From Candidatus Latescibacterota bacterium (GTDB lineage: Bacteria > Latescibacterota > UBA2968 > GCA-2709665), in the NCBI GenBank assembly GCA_963667175.2, contig CAXXXF010000007.1, positions 128,001-192,000 on the forward strand: a DNA stretch of 64,000 nucleotides, given 5' to 3'. The position numbers were made by a program, and so were the translations under genes. Of the stretch, positions 9,609 through 19,906 are shown piece after piece. Every line of letters starts with the position of its first letter. Position 1 is the first letter of the stretch. A model generated the notes under the pieces. That model searched no databases. It was not told where the DNA came from and was given only the letters and a program-made list of their open reading frames with translations.

Positions 9609-11030
9609 TCAGATCCACCCGAATTCCCAGAGCAGGCAAGCCACGGCGAATACAATGTATACGAGCGATGCAATTCCCATCATGAGGGTGCACACCCATC
9701 CGGGCCGGGCCGCCGCCGGCAGGTGGCGATGATTGATGAAGAGCGTGAGGGGGGTATAAATCGCCATCGCGAAACCGCCGATATAGGCGGCGTTGAACAG
9801 GAATCCCAGTTCGCTCACCCCGCGGGCTTCCATCACATAGGTAATGACGCAACCGGCCACAATCCACGTCGCCGCCACGACCAGGTACCACCAGCTCAAT
9901 TCCCGCTTCCTCGCCCCTCTGAAATTGGTGTACACCATGTCGGCAATGGACCGCGACACCCCGTCGACGAGCGCAAGCTGTGTACTGAACAGGGTGGCCA
10001 GCCCCACCACCAGAAAGACATATCTCCCCGTCTCGCCCCAGACTGTTGCCAGGACCTCGGCCTCGTCCCAGATCAGCGTGCCCCCGGCCGGGACGATCCC
10101 GTTCGGATGCAGGACTGCAAGCGCGCCAAAGATAAACAGCAGGATGGTTACGGAATTCAGGGCCCAGAAGAACAGCATCTGGTCTTTCTTCACATAGTCG
10201 AACCAGCGTCTGAAATGACCGATATTCTCTTCGGTCTCCTCAAACCGGAACCCCGTGGAGGGCATCGCCTCGGTCCGCCCTCGGAGCGGGTTCCGCATTT
10301 CGGGCAAATGCGCTCCCATCCCGATATGCTTGTCCCGCAGGTAGAATGTATAAAAGAGATTGGCCGTGCCGCCGGCGCCCGCAAATACAAGGGCGATGAA
10401 CATCGCCTTGACGCTCATGCCCGGATCGATGTAGCCGACATTGACAACACCCCTCCCCAGCGAGGTCCAGGTCTCCGCCGACCCAACCGCGTACGCGACC
10501 ACAATCAGACCGACTGTCACAACCACCACGAGCAGTTCGATGCTACGCTCGACGGACTGGTAGATGAGCTTCGGCCCGAACAGAATCAGGGCCACTCCCG
10601 CAAAGGTGATGACCGTCCAGAATGCATCCGAACCCCATCCGTGCGGCCCCACCAGCAGCGCTTTCAAGGCCAACCCCGACGCGCGGCCCCAACCAGGCGC
10701 GATCCAGCTGAATATCGTCAACAGAATGAATACGGGAGCGAATCCGCGCCACACCCTGCTGTACCCCGTATATACCGTTTCGCCCGTGGCAATGGTCCAT
10801 CTCCCCACTTCAAAGTTGATCCAGAGCTGCAGAAAGATGCCGAGACAGGCCGCCCACACCATGCTTGCCCCGTATTCCGCGACGATGCGCGGCCAGATGA
10901 CGATCTCGCCGGCGCCGATGGAAAGCCCCACCAGAATGGCGCCAGGTCCGGCCAGTTTCCAGAAAGACGGTTTTCGTGCCGGCATCGTTCTGACGTCGAA
11001 GCCTTTCAGTGGCTCAAAGAACCCCGCCAT
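9609..11030 (-). CDS. NRAMP/APC-fold transporter lacking the DPGN metal motif
   Basis: GPGAILVGLSIGAGE, EVGRWTIATGE, ATLFSTQ; about 11 TM helices; start placed downstream of the terminator at 11114-11145. Confidence 0.75.
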   Translation of the reverse strand: MAGFFEPLKGFDVRTMPARKPSFWKLAGPGAILVGLSIGAGEIVIWPRIVAEYGASMVWAACLGIFLQLWINFEVGRWTIATGETVYTGYSRVWRGFAPVFILLTIFSWIAPGWGRASGLALKALLVGPHGWGSDAFWTVITFAGVALILFGPKLIYQSVERSIELLVVVVTVGLIVVAYAVGSAETWTSLGRGVVNVGYIDPGMSVKAMFIALVFAGAGGTANLFYTFYLRDKHIGMGAHLPEMRNPLRGRTEAMPSTGFRFEETEENIGHFRRWFDYVKKDQMLFFWALNSVTILLFIFGALAVLHPNGIVPAGGTLIWDEAEVLATVWGETGRYVFLVVGLATLFSTQLALVDGVSRSIADMVYTNFRGARKRELSWWYLVVAATWIVAGCVITYVMEARGVSELGFLFNAAYIGGFAMAIYTPLTLFINHRHLPAAARPGWVCTLMMGIASLVYIVFAVACLLWEFGWI

Positions 11031-11113
11031 ACCCAATCTCCTCGCGGCTTCGCCATCGCCTGCGGTACGTCCGCCCGGCCGCGCCGCGGGCGGTCCGAGT
11101 CCGTGAAGCGGAT

Positions 11114-11145
11114 AAAAAAAAGGCTCGGAGAATTGTCCGGCCTGA
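11114..11145 (-). terminator. Intrinsic terminator after the lipoprotein gene
   Basis: AGGCCGGA...TCCGAGCC followed by a T7 tract. Confidence 0.55.
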
Positions 11146-11297
11146 TTCATTTCCCGTTCCGCTGCAATTCGGACGACGTTCGTTCTTCGGGAAACCAGCG
11201 CGTCCATCGGAAATTCAGGACGCTTCACTACTTTCGATTCTCACTTTGCGTGGCGAACCGCCCCTGTCCGGGGTTGCCCGCCGTGCCGCCACCCACC

Positions 11298-11816
11298 CTA
11301 CCGCACCCGCTTCCAGGTATCCACAAATACACCGGGAAACGACGCGACCATCCGATCGCCCCCGAACTCTTCGCTGTACCCTCGCTCGTGCGAGATGCGA
11401 ATCAGCCCGTCTTCCAGTGAAATCTTACCCTTTTCGACCTTGGCCTTATGGTATATCGTGATCGGCGATTCGGATGACGACCGGTAACCCTGCCGCATGA
11501 GCAGATACCGCGAACGCGTAATCGCGGAGGTCGAGATTTCGTATTTGCTGGCGGAGAAATCGAATGTCCTGGGTTTTTCGCCGGCCGCGTCCACGAGCAG
11601 GTTCAGGGTGACGTGGGCTTTTCGCGAATCGATCGGCTGCCACGAGAACACGCCCGAAACCTCGGACTGTCCAAGCACCGTCCCGTCCGGCAACGTTCGG
11701 GACTCAAGCTCCCACGTGCCGGCAAGCTGCTCCTGCATCTGTGCCAGACGGTCGCTGCAGCCCAGAGTCAACCCCGCACTCAGCGTTAGAATCACGAACG
11801 TCAATCGGCGATTCAT
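11298..11816 (-). CDS. Hypothetical lipoprotein, lipocalin-like
   Basis: MNRRLTFVILTLSAGLTLG-C lipobox; LAGTWEL and terminal WKRV motifs; promoter TTGACA-N17-TATACT at 11887-11915. Confidence 0.65.
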   Translation of the reverse strand: MNRRLTFVILTLSAGLTLGCSDRLAQMQEQLAGTWELESRTLPDGTVLGQSEVSGVFSWQPIDSRKAHVTLNLLVDAAGEKPRTFDFSASKYEISTSAITRSRYLLMRQGYRSSSESPITIYHKAKVEKGKISLEDGLIRISHERGYSEEFGGDRMVASFPGVFVDTWKRVR

Positions 11817-11916
11817 TCCAGTCTCCGTAAGGGTCGCCGGGAACGTACCGGCGTTGCCTGATCCGCCATCCGGTAACACGCAGAACAGTATATTTCCGGG
11901 AATCCGCCCTGTCAAG

Positions 11917-11953
11917 AAAAAAAGCCCCGATCGAGTGTTGCTCTCGAGGCTCC
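11917..11953 (-). terminator. Intrinsic terminator after hup
   Basis: AGCCTCGA...TCGGGGC followed by a T tract. Confidence 0.55.
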
Positions 11954-11978
11954 CTGGTCAGAATCGAAGAAATATCGG

Positions 11979-12254
11979 CTAATTGACGGCTTCCTTAAGT
12001 GCTTTTCCAGCTTTGAAACGAACGGTCTTGCCCGCGGAAATCTGAATAGTCTCACCCGTCTGAGGATTTCGACCGGTTCGTGCGGCTCTGGTTCCGATCG
12101 AAAACGTCCCGAACCCGGATATGGCGACGCGATCACCGTTTTTGAGCGAATCGGCGATTTCGTTCAGAACGACACGAAGTGCGGATTCCGCATTCCTTTT
12201 TGATAGACCGGCCTGATTTGCAATTGCATCGACTAGATCGGCCCTGTTCGACAT
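11979..12254 (-). CDS. hup: HU DNA-binding protein
   Basis: GFGTFS, RTGRNPQTGETIQI, RFKAGKALK; promoter TTGACA-N18-TATATT at 12287-12316. Confidence 0.96.
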   Translation of the reverse strand: MSNRADLVDAIANQAGLSKRNAESALRVVLNEIADSLKNGDRVAISGFGTFSIGTRAARTGRNPQTGETIQISAGKTVRFKAGKALKEAVN

Positions 12255-12451
12255 GGCAATTCACCCCCTTTCTGGAATTTGCCCTGAATATAGGCCCGAT
12301 GGTGGGAATTTGTCAAGTGCGCCGATACCGCAGCACAAGAGCAACAATGCGCGGACCGAAATACCCATCCAATCATCACAACGAACCGGAATACAACCGG
12401 TTCGTCCCGGTGTACCTGAATCGCCGGTACCCGCTCGCGGTTGAAGAACGC

Positions 12452-12490
12452 AAAAAACCGGGCGGAGATCGTTTCTCATCTCCGCCCGGT
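12452..12490 (-). terminator. Intrinsic terminator of the EIIA-sigma operon
   Basis: ACCGGGCGGAGAT-loop-ATCTCCGCCCGG followed by T6. Confidence 0.8.
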
Positions 12491-12561
12491 CGAATCCCCC
12501 GGGCATCGTCCCCGCCCCGTTGCAGAACGGGAACGCGCCGCGTCGGACATCGGGAGCTCAT

Positions 12562-12658
12562 CAGCCCGTTGAAAAAGTCCATCCGGGCTGCCTGCCTGTA
12601 CGTTCGCACGCAGACAGGCGTCCGGCCGCGCCTGCAGAGCGCCTTTTCCAACGGACCG
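12562..12658. mobile_element. MITE copy 2 (97 bp, internally deleted, inverted), abutting the sigma-factor stop codon
   Basis: CAGCCCGTTGAAAAAGTCCATCCGGGCTGCCTG...CCTGCAGAGCGCCTTTTCCAACGGACCG is the reverse complement of both ends of copies 1 and 3. Confidence 0.8.
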
Positions 12659-13510
12659 TTATGCCGACTCCATCAACGGTTCGAGTTGCAGCCGTCGGCG
12701 CGGATGGCGAAGTCGACGAAGGGCCTTTTCCTTTATCTGCCGTACGCGTTCCCGCGTAAGGCTGAACCTGGTGCCGATCTCCTCCAGCGTCATCGCTTCC
12801 TCGTCGCCCAACCCGAAATAGAGCCGCAGCACTTCTGCTTCCCGCGCATCGAGTGTTTCAAGGACCATCCTGACCTGATCCTTGACGGACTCGTCGACCA
12901 CTTCAAGGTCCGGCGCCTTTTGAGAGCTGTCCGGCAGAATGTGCAGCAGGCTGTGGTCGTCGTCGTCCTTGAACGACGCATCGAGCGACCAGACATCCCG
13001 TGCCCTGAGGAGGGTATCCTGCACCATGTCCACCGAGACGCCGAGCTTTTCAGCGATCGTCTCGGGATCGGGATCGGCCTCTTCAGATTGCCGAATCTCT
13101 CGCGACACCTTCGCGATATTGTGCAACAGATCGATTCGGTTTATAGGTAACCGGACCACGCGGGAATCCTGCGCAAGACTTTGATGGATGGCCTGGCGGA
13201 TCCACCAGACCGCGTAGGATATGAACTTGAACCCGCGCGTCCCGTCAAATCTTTCCGCGGCCGTCATCAGACCCATGTTTCCCGCACTGATGAGATCGGC
13301 CAATGGCACGCCATGGTTCTGATACTCCCTGGCGACGCTGACGACGAAACGGAGATTCGATGCAACCAGCCTGTCCCTGGCCCGCTGGTCTCCCTTCCGG
13401 ATCCGGTGCGCGAGCGCAATCTCGGTCTCGGCAGTCAGCGGTTCCGAAGAAGCGATATCCCTGAGGTAGAGGTCCAGAGATTCGCTATCCTGAATCATGA
13501 TTCCAGCCAC
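12659..13510 (-). CDS. RNA polymerase sigma-70 factor, RpoD/SigA family without region 1.1
   Basis: SNLRFVVSVA, DLISAGNMGL, FKFISYAVWWIRQ, TLEEIG..LTRERVRQI; GGAGGT RBS. Confidence 0.95.
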   Translation of the reverse strand: MAGIMIQDSESLDLYLRDIASSEPLTAETEIALAHRIRKGDQRARDRLVASNLRFVVSVAREYQNHGVPLADLISAGNMGLMTAAERFDGTRGFKFISYAVWWIRQAIHQSLAQDSRVVRLPINRIDLLHNIAKVSREIRQSEEADPDPETIAEKLGVSVDMVQDTLLRARDVWSLDASFKDDDDHSLLHILPDSSQKAPDLEVVDESVKDQVRMVLETLDAREAEVLRLYFGLGDEEAMTLEEIGTRFSLTRERVRQIKEKALRRLRHPRRRLQLEPLMESA

Positions 13511-13548
13511 GGTCCGACCTCCAGAGTATTAGTGTGCGTTATCCACGT

Positions 13549-14097
13549 TTACGTCGTCAAAACGTGCGCCCTGAGCGCCTCCGGCATCGCGCCGTGCAGG
13601 CGCATCTGCCGCATCAGCAGACCGTTCATCTCCTCTGCCGAACGGGACATGAGAAACGTTGCGGTGAAATCTTCATGGAACAGCCTGCACAAATAGCCCA
13701 GGAGGGGCAGATATCTTATGTCGCCCTCCCCGGGTACCGACACAAGGCAGATGAGTCGAACCGGCTCCCGGTGCGTCTCCGAGTGAAAATCGACGCCGCC
13801 CGGAGAAATGCCCAGCGCCATACCCAGATGCGCAGCCGAACCGCAACGGGCATGGGGAAAAGCAATCCCGTTCCCGACCGCGGTGCTCTCCAGGTCTTCT
13901 CTGTCCAGAACCGACTGCAGGAACCGCAGACTGTCGGTCACGTACCCCGATGCGTGCAGCCGGTCGACAAGCGCCTTGATTGCGCCCATACGGTCGCGGG
14001 GCGCCAGGCTTGCGACCATCGTCGCCGGATGGAAGCCGACCACGCCGCTCAAGTCCGTTTCCCATTCACTGCTGTAGTAGAATTTTGACAGCGCCAT
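13549..14097 (-). CDS. Stand-alone PTS EIIA (fructose/mannitol/Ntr family) protein
   Basis: REDLESTAVGNGIAFPHAR with the conserved phospho-His. Confidence 0.88.
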   Translation of the reverse strand: MALSKFYYSSEWETDLSGVVGFHPATMVASLAPRDRMGAIKALVDRLHASGYVTDSLRFLQSVLDREDLESTAVGNGIAFPHARCGSAAHLGMALGISPGGVDFHSETHREPVRLICLVSVPGEGDIRYLPLLGYLCRLFHEDFTATFLMSRSAEEMNGLLMRQMRLHGAMPEALRAHVLTT

Positions 14098-14332
14098 GTT
14101 GTATTTCGCGTACGCGGGGGTTAAGAATCCGAACAGACGGGGTCGATTTTATCCGCATCGAATTGCAGGGGATGAGCCCGGCATGACGCCAAGTGCAATT
14201 TGTGCAGATTGTTCGACTTGAACCGTCAGTCGCCACATGACAAAAAATGCTCGATAACCAACGCAAAGTTCGCGGTTTTGATAAAAACCTAACGTATCAG
14301 AGATTCCAATGGAATGGTCGCCATAGACTTTA

Positions 14333-14348
14333 AGCAACTTTAATGCCA
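14333..14348 (-). promoter_or_regulatory. Sigma-54 (-24/-12) promoter facing the EIIA-sigma genes
   Basis: TGGCAT-TAAAG-TTGCT matches TGGCAC-N5-TTGC with exact GG-N10-GC spacing. Confidence 0.82.
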
Positions 14349-14446
14349 GATTTCTCGAAAAAAACATAAATGATTAATATTAAAAAACTTGCGCCCGCCG
14401 ATTCCAGACGCCGGGCGCGACAGACTTGTCTCACTTTGCCAGATAA

Positions 14447-14492
14447 CGCAAATTTTGCATCCGAAAATCCGACAGATTGCGCAAATTTTGCA
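14447..14492. promoter_or_regulatory. Tandem enhancer (bEBP) binding boxes
   Basis: Two identical 13-mers CGCAAATTTTGCA at 14447-14459 and 14480-14492, near-palindromic, 33 bp apart, about 100-145 bp upstream of the -24 box. Confidence 0.72.
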
Positions 14493-14542
14493 GCAGGGCG
14501 CGGCCGGGGCGCCGAATAAACCGGATGCGCAGTCTCTCCTGC

Positions 14543-15904
14543 TCAGGAGCCGAGGCTGTATTTCTTGATCTTGTAATGCAGGGCCCGGACGCTGATACCC
14601 AGCACGCGGGCGGCTTCCTGACGGTTGGACGTGACGTGTGCCAGCGTGTTTTCGATCAGAAGGCGTTCCGTTTCCTCTATTGAGGTACTCAGTGGAATGA
14701 CGAGATTCTTCGGAACCGGAGCGGACGCACGGACGCCCGAGGGGAGACGTTGAGGACCGACCTCGGTCTCCGGACACGTCACGACGATCCGTTCCACGGT
14801 GTTTTTTAACTCCCGGACGTTTCCCGGCCAGGCGTAGTTCAGTATCATCCGCATCGTGTCCGGCAAAAACCGTTTCCTGGGTTTGCGATGTGACGCGCAA
14901 AGTTCATCCAGAAAGGTCTCCACAAGCAGCGGAATATCCTCTTTGCGGTCCTTCAGTTGCGGAAGCCGAATGGGAACGACGTTGATCCTGTAATACAGAT
15001 CTTCCCGGAAACGACCCTCCTTCAATTCCTGATCCAGGTTTCTGTTCGTGGCGAATATGATCCGCACGTCGGCCCTTGTGGACACGCTGCTGCCGACCGG
15101 TGTATATACCTTCTCCTCCAGAACCCTCAGAAGGTCCACCTGGTTGGCCAGTGGAATCTCACCGACTTCGTCCAGGAACAGCGTGCCGGCCTCCGCGGCG
15201 GCGAACCGGCCCGGCACGTCGGCGTGGGCGCCCGTAAACGCACCCTTGACGTGACCGAACAACTCACGTTCGAACAACGTTTCCGGAACGGCGCCGCAAT
15301 TCACGGCCACGAGGGGACCCTCGCGGCGGCTGCTCCGCTGGTGGATCGCCCGGGCCACAAGCTCCTTGCCCGTGCCGGTGTCGCCCATCACCAGTACGGG
15401 CACATCCGTTATTGCAGCTTGTGCCAGCGTTTCGCAGACCTGCCGCATGGCCGGACTCCGGTTCACGATCTCTCCGAAAGCCTCGGTCGATCCCAGCCAG
15501 GCCCGCAGTTCCTTGTTTTCCGCGACCAGAGCCTGATGCTCGAGGAGATGCTGCAGGGAGAGGTGCAGGCGTTTGAGATCCACCGGCTTCGCCAGGTAAT
15601 CATACGCACCCAGGCGCATGGCGTCTACCGCCGTGGATACCTCACCAAAGGCGGTAATCATGATAACGCCGGTATCGGGGCTGGTTTTCTTCAGACGCTT
15701 CAACAGGCCAATCCCGTCGATTCCCGGCATCTTCAGATCCAGAATGGCCGCATGGTAAACTCGCGCACTCAGACGTTCGGACGCTTCCACGCCATTATAT
15801 GCGACTTCGACCGAATACCCGACGTTCGTCAAGGACTCTTTAAGTCCCTCGCATATGTGGTATTCGTCGTCGGCAACGAAGATCCTGATATCTTTGGTTT
15901 CCAT
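14543..15904 (-). CDS. Sigma-54-dependent response regulator (NtrC/AtoC family)
   Basis: Receiver ADDE..LDLKMP; Walker A GDTGTGKE; ELFGHVKGAFTGA; FLDEVGE; FREDLYYR; Fis-type HTH. Confidence 0.96.
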   Translation of the reverse strand: METKDIRIFVADDEYHICEGLKESLTNVGYSVEVAYNGVEASERLSARVYHAAILDLKMPGIDGIGLLKRLKKTSPDTGVIMITAFGEVSTAVDAMRLGAYDYLAKPVDLKRLHLSLQHLLEHQALVAENKELRAWLGSTEAFGEIVNRSPAMRQVCETLAQAAITDVPVLVMGDTGTGKELVARAIHQRSSRREGPLVAVNCGAVPETLFERELFGHVKGAFTGAHADVPGRFAAAEAGTLFLDEVGEIPLANQVDLLRVLEEKVYTPVGSSVSTRADVRIIFATNRNLDQELKEGRFREDLYYRINVVPIRLPQLKDRKEDIPLLVETFLDELCASHRKPRKRFLPDTMRMILNYAWPGNVRELKNTVERIVVTCPETEVGPQRLPSGVRASAPVPKNLVIPLSTSIEETERLLIENTLAHVTSNRQEAARVLGISVRALHYKIKKYSLGS

Positions 15905-16049
15905 GTCTATCCGTCCATGTGTCCGTTACGTTCGGTCGCGTGCGGCCGGCATCCGCCGTGGTGACGCAAAATCAAGACCGTTCGTGCGAGTCCGCGGAAG
16001 CCGACCCCGAACTCGGAGCGAATCGGTACCGTTCTCCGGCGCCGGACCG

Positions 16050-17123
16050 CTAACGCCGGGGTTCGGCGGTGGGCAAATGAACCCTGAAAACGGCGCCCTT
16101 TCCCGCTTCGCTCTCCACCTCGACGTGGCCCCGATGCTGAAAGATGATCTGCTGGGCGATGGAGAGCCCGAGGCCGGTTCCTTCATCACGAGTTGTATAA
16201 TAGAACTCGAAAATCCGATCGACTTCCTCGTCCGGAATCCCGCGTCCGGTATCCGAAATCGAGAGGCAGACCTGACGTCCGTCGGAATCCAACCGCGTCC
16301 GGGCGGAGAGTTCCCCGCCCGACGTCATGGCCTGGAACGCATTTACCGTCATGTTCAGGACGGCCTGGCCCAGTTGACTTTCATCTCCATCCACCGCGGG
16401 AAGACCTTCAAGGAGATCCAGATTCAGCCGAATGCCCCGTTCGCGAGCCTCCGGTGAGACCAGGTCGAAAACGTGCTGCACCACGCTGTTGAGGCTTATC
16501 CGCTGCAGATCCAGCCTCGGGGTTCTGCTAAACCTCAGGAAATTGTGTACAATCCGGTCAAGCCGCTTCATTTCCATCTGCGCAATATTGAGCCTGCGAT
16601 AGACACGGCCCCTCAATCCCTGTTCCGCGTCCTTAAGGTCATCTTCCAGGAGCTGCAGTTGAATGTCCACCGCGCCCAGCGGGTTCCGGACCTCGTGAGC
16701 GACGGATGCAGCCAGGCGCCCGAGCGCGCTCATCTTTTCCTCCTGGTACATCCCCCACTCCATCCGTTTCAGGGCCGAAACGTCCTGCACAACCAGAACC
16801 ACTCCCTGGCCCGTATCCGCGTTCAGGCACGACGTGGTAGCACCCAATCGACGCATTCCACCCTCTTCCTGCTGCAATATCACGTCTTTCGGTTCATGAC
16901 ACAGACTCCCTCCAAACCCGGCCTTCAGAATCTTCAGCAGTTCGGGATGCCCGTCAAACAGCTCGTCGACGCTGCGGCCGATCACGTCGCGCTCCGCCAG
17001 TCCCAGCAGGCAAATCGACGCCCCGTTGGCCAACACGGCACGACGACGACGGTCGAACGCGATTACGCCTTCATTCAGGCCCTCCAGCAACTCGATGCTG
17101 TATTCCGCGGCAGATTTCGCCAT
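16050..17123 (-). CDS. Cytoplasmic PAS-domain sensor histidine kinase
   Basis: PAS (LLEGLNEGVIAFD..LANGA), AHEVRNPL H-box, DTGRGI, GTGLGL; no TM segment; start uncertain because of the upstream MITE. Confidence 0.93.
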   Translation of the reverse strand: MAKSAAEYSIELLEGLNEGVIAFDRRRRAVLANGASICLLGLAERDVIGRSVDELFDGHPELLKILKAGFGGSLCHEPKDVILQQEEGGMRRLGATTSCLNADTGQGVVLVVQDVSALKRMEWGMYQEEKMSALGRLAASVAHEVRNPLGAVDIQLQLLEDDLKDAEQGLRGRVYRRLNIAQMEMKRLDRIVHNFLRFSRTPRLDLQRISLNSVVQHVFDLVSPEARERGIRLNLDLLEGLPAVDGDESQLGQAVLNMTVNAFQAMTSGGELSARTRLDSDGRQVCLSISDTGRGIPDEEVDRIFEFYYTTRDEGTGLGLSIAQQIIFQHRGHVEVESEAGKGAVFRVHLPTAEPRR

Positions 17124-17156
17124 GACGGCTCTCCCGTCGGCTGCATTCCGGTCCAA

Positions 17157-17363
17157 CAGTCCGCTGAAAAAGTCGCTCTGCAGGCGAGGTCGAGTCGTTG
17201 TGGCCGAAGACACGGCGCGTAACCGACTCGAGTCCCTGGATTCGGGGAAGGATCGCCTGCCTGCTACAGGCAGGCAACGCCGTATTTCGGTCGCAAGGGC
17301 CGGACGCCTGCCTGCGTGCGAACGCACAGGCAGGCAGCCCGGATGGACTTTGTCGACGGGCTG
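17157..17363. mobile_element. MITE copy 3 (207 bp)
   Basis: TIRs CAGTCCGCTGAAAAAGTC / GACTTTGTCGACGGGCTG; same length and layout as copy 1. Confidence 0.8.
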
Positions 17364-17777
17364 TTAACGTATGCATCCCATCTCCAAAAGGCAAGACCGA
17401 TTCTCTGTCAGAACGGCACGACCCGACGGAGGTTCCAGCCGGGCGCCACTGAAGGAACCCGCCCGATCCGGCGCCGACGTTCATACGCACAACTTCTTCA
17501 GCAGGAACGAGTTGAAACGCGCTTTGGTTCTCGTGGCGAAGGAGGTTCAGACGCAGGACAGCTGAACCTGGCCCTCGTCGATTTCGACCTCGAAGACGAA
17601 CGTTCCCTTTGCGACGCGGACGTGCGCGGACTCCGCGAGACGGGGAGGCGAAGACCGAAAACGGCGCCGGACGACCCGGCTGTTTACGGGTCCGTTTCGT
17701 TCGCTCCGACAAGGGATCGATCCCGTGTAACAACCGGTTGTTATTTTCTCTATCTTTAGAAAAAATAAAGAAAAAAC

Positions 17778-17806
17778 TTGACAACACTCACGTCTTGGTT
17801 TACTTT
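17778..17806 (+). promoter_or_regulatory. Sigma-70-type promoter of rho with A-rich UP element
   Basis: TTGACA-N17-TACTTT preceded by A tracts. Confidence 0.65.
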
Positions 17807-18036
17807 TTCGGTGGTATTCTTCAACTTCCTTCCCACTTTTTCACCGCACACAACCAGACGGCTCCTCGCTTCAGGCATCCCTGGTTACCCGGACTTCCTC
17901 GAACCGCCTCCTTTTGTCAGACACATCCGATTCACGTTTCCGCCGGTTTCTCCGGCCGGCCGAATCCGGCCAGAATCCCCGAAAGATCAACCGTCCGTAT
18001 CATGTATTCCGCAATTTCAGCAAATTGGATTCGCCA

Positions 18037-19344
<1,308 letters not shown>

Positions 19345-19435
19345 AACCGCCCGTACAGGGGCTACCCGCCGGACCGATTCGCCTCCGCGGACTGACGCCG
19401 CCCGCGATCCGGCGCTCCCCTCGCATGTTGAAATC

Positions 19436-19464
19436 TTGCGTACGGATTCTGTTTTGTATATATT
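19436..19464 (+). promoter_or_regulatory. Promoter of rpmE-prfA-prmC
   Basis: TTGCGT-N17-TATATT. Confidence 0.55.
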
Positions 19465-19515
19465 TACGTTTCTGAGTTCATCGTCGACTTCAACGAATCA
19501 GAGGACGTTTACCAG

Positions 19516-19773
19516 GTGAAACCGAATATTCATCCCGATTACGTCGAAACCACCATTACCTGCGCCTGTGGAAATACGCTGACGACCCAGGCGACCGTGC
19601 CCGGCCTTCGGGTGGACATCTGCTCCAACTGTCATCCGTTTTACACGGGCAAGCAACGACTGGTGGACACCGCGGGTATGGTGGAGCGATACCGGCGGCG
19701 ATACAATATGAACGACGCGGAAGCAGGCGAAGATCCGAGTCCCACGAAAGCGCCGGAAGCCGCCGTAGATTAG
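19516..19773 (+). CDS. rpmE: 50S ribosomal protein L31 (Zn-binding type)
   Basis: [23 protein letters not shown]. Confidence 0.97.
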   Translation: MKPNIHPDYVETTITCACGNTLTTQATVPGLRVDICSNCHPFYTGKQRLVDTAGMVERYRRRYNMNDAEAGEDPSPTKAPEAAVD

Positions 19774-19906
19774 CAAACCATATTTTTGGAAAACCAGGTG
19801 AAACGGCATCGTCCACCCGCCGGTGGCCGCGCGTACCGCTTCGCCTTTTTTGTTGTCTGTCGTGAGGGCGCAGGCCTGCCAAATGAAAAACTGATGAGGG
19901 AGTTGC

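Noticed and set aside
11979-12254. hup as part of the sigma-54 operon
   Set aside because: Separated by a strong terminator (12452-12490) and has its own sigma-70-type promoter
17371-17759. Small ORFs between the MITE and the rho promoter
   Set aside because: No RBS or recognisable motif; probably intergenic
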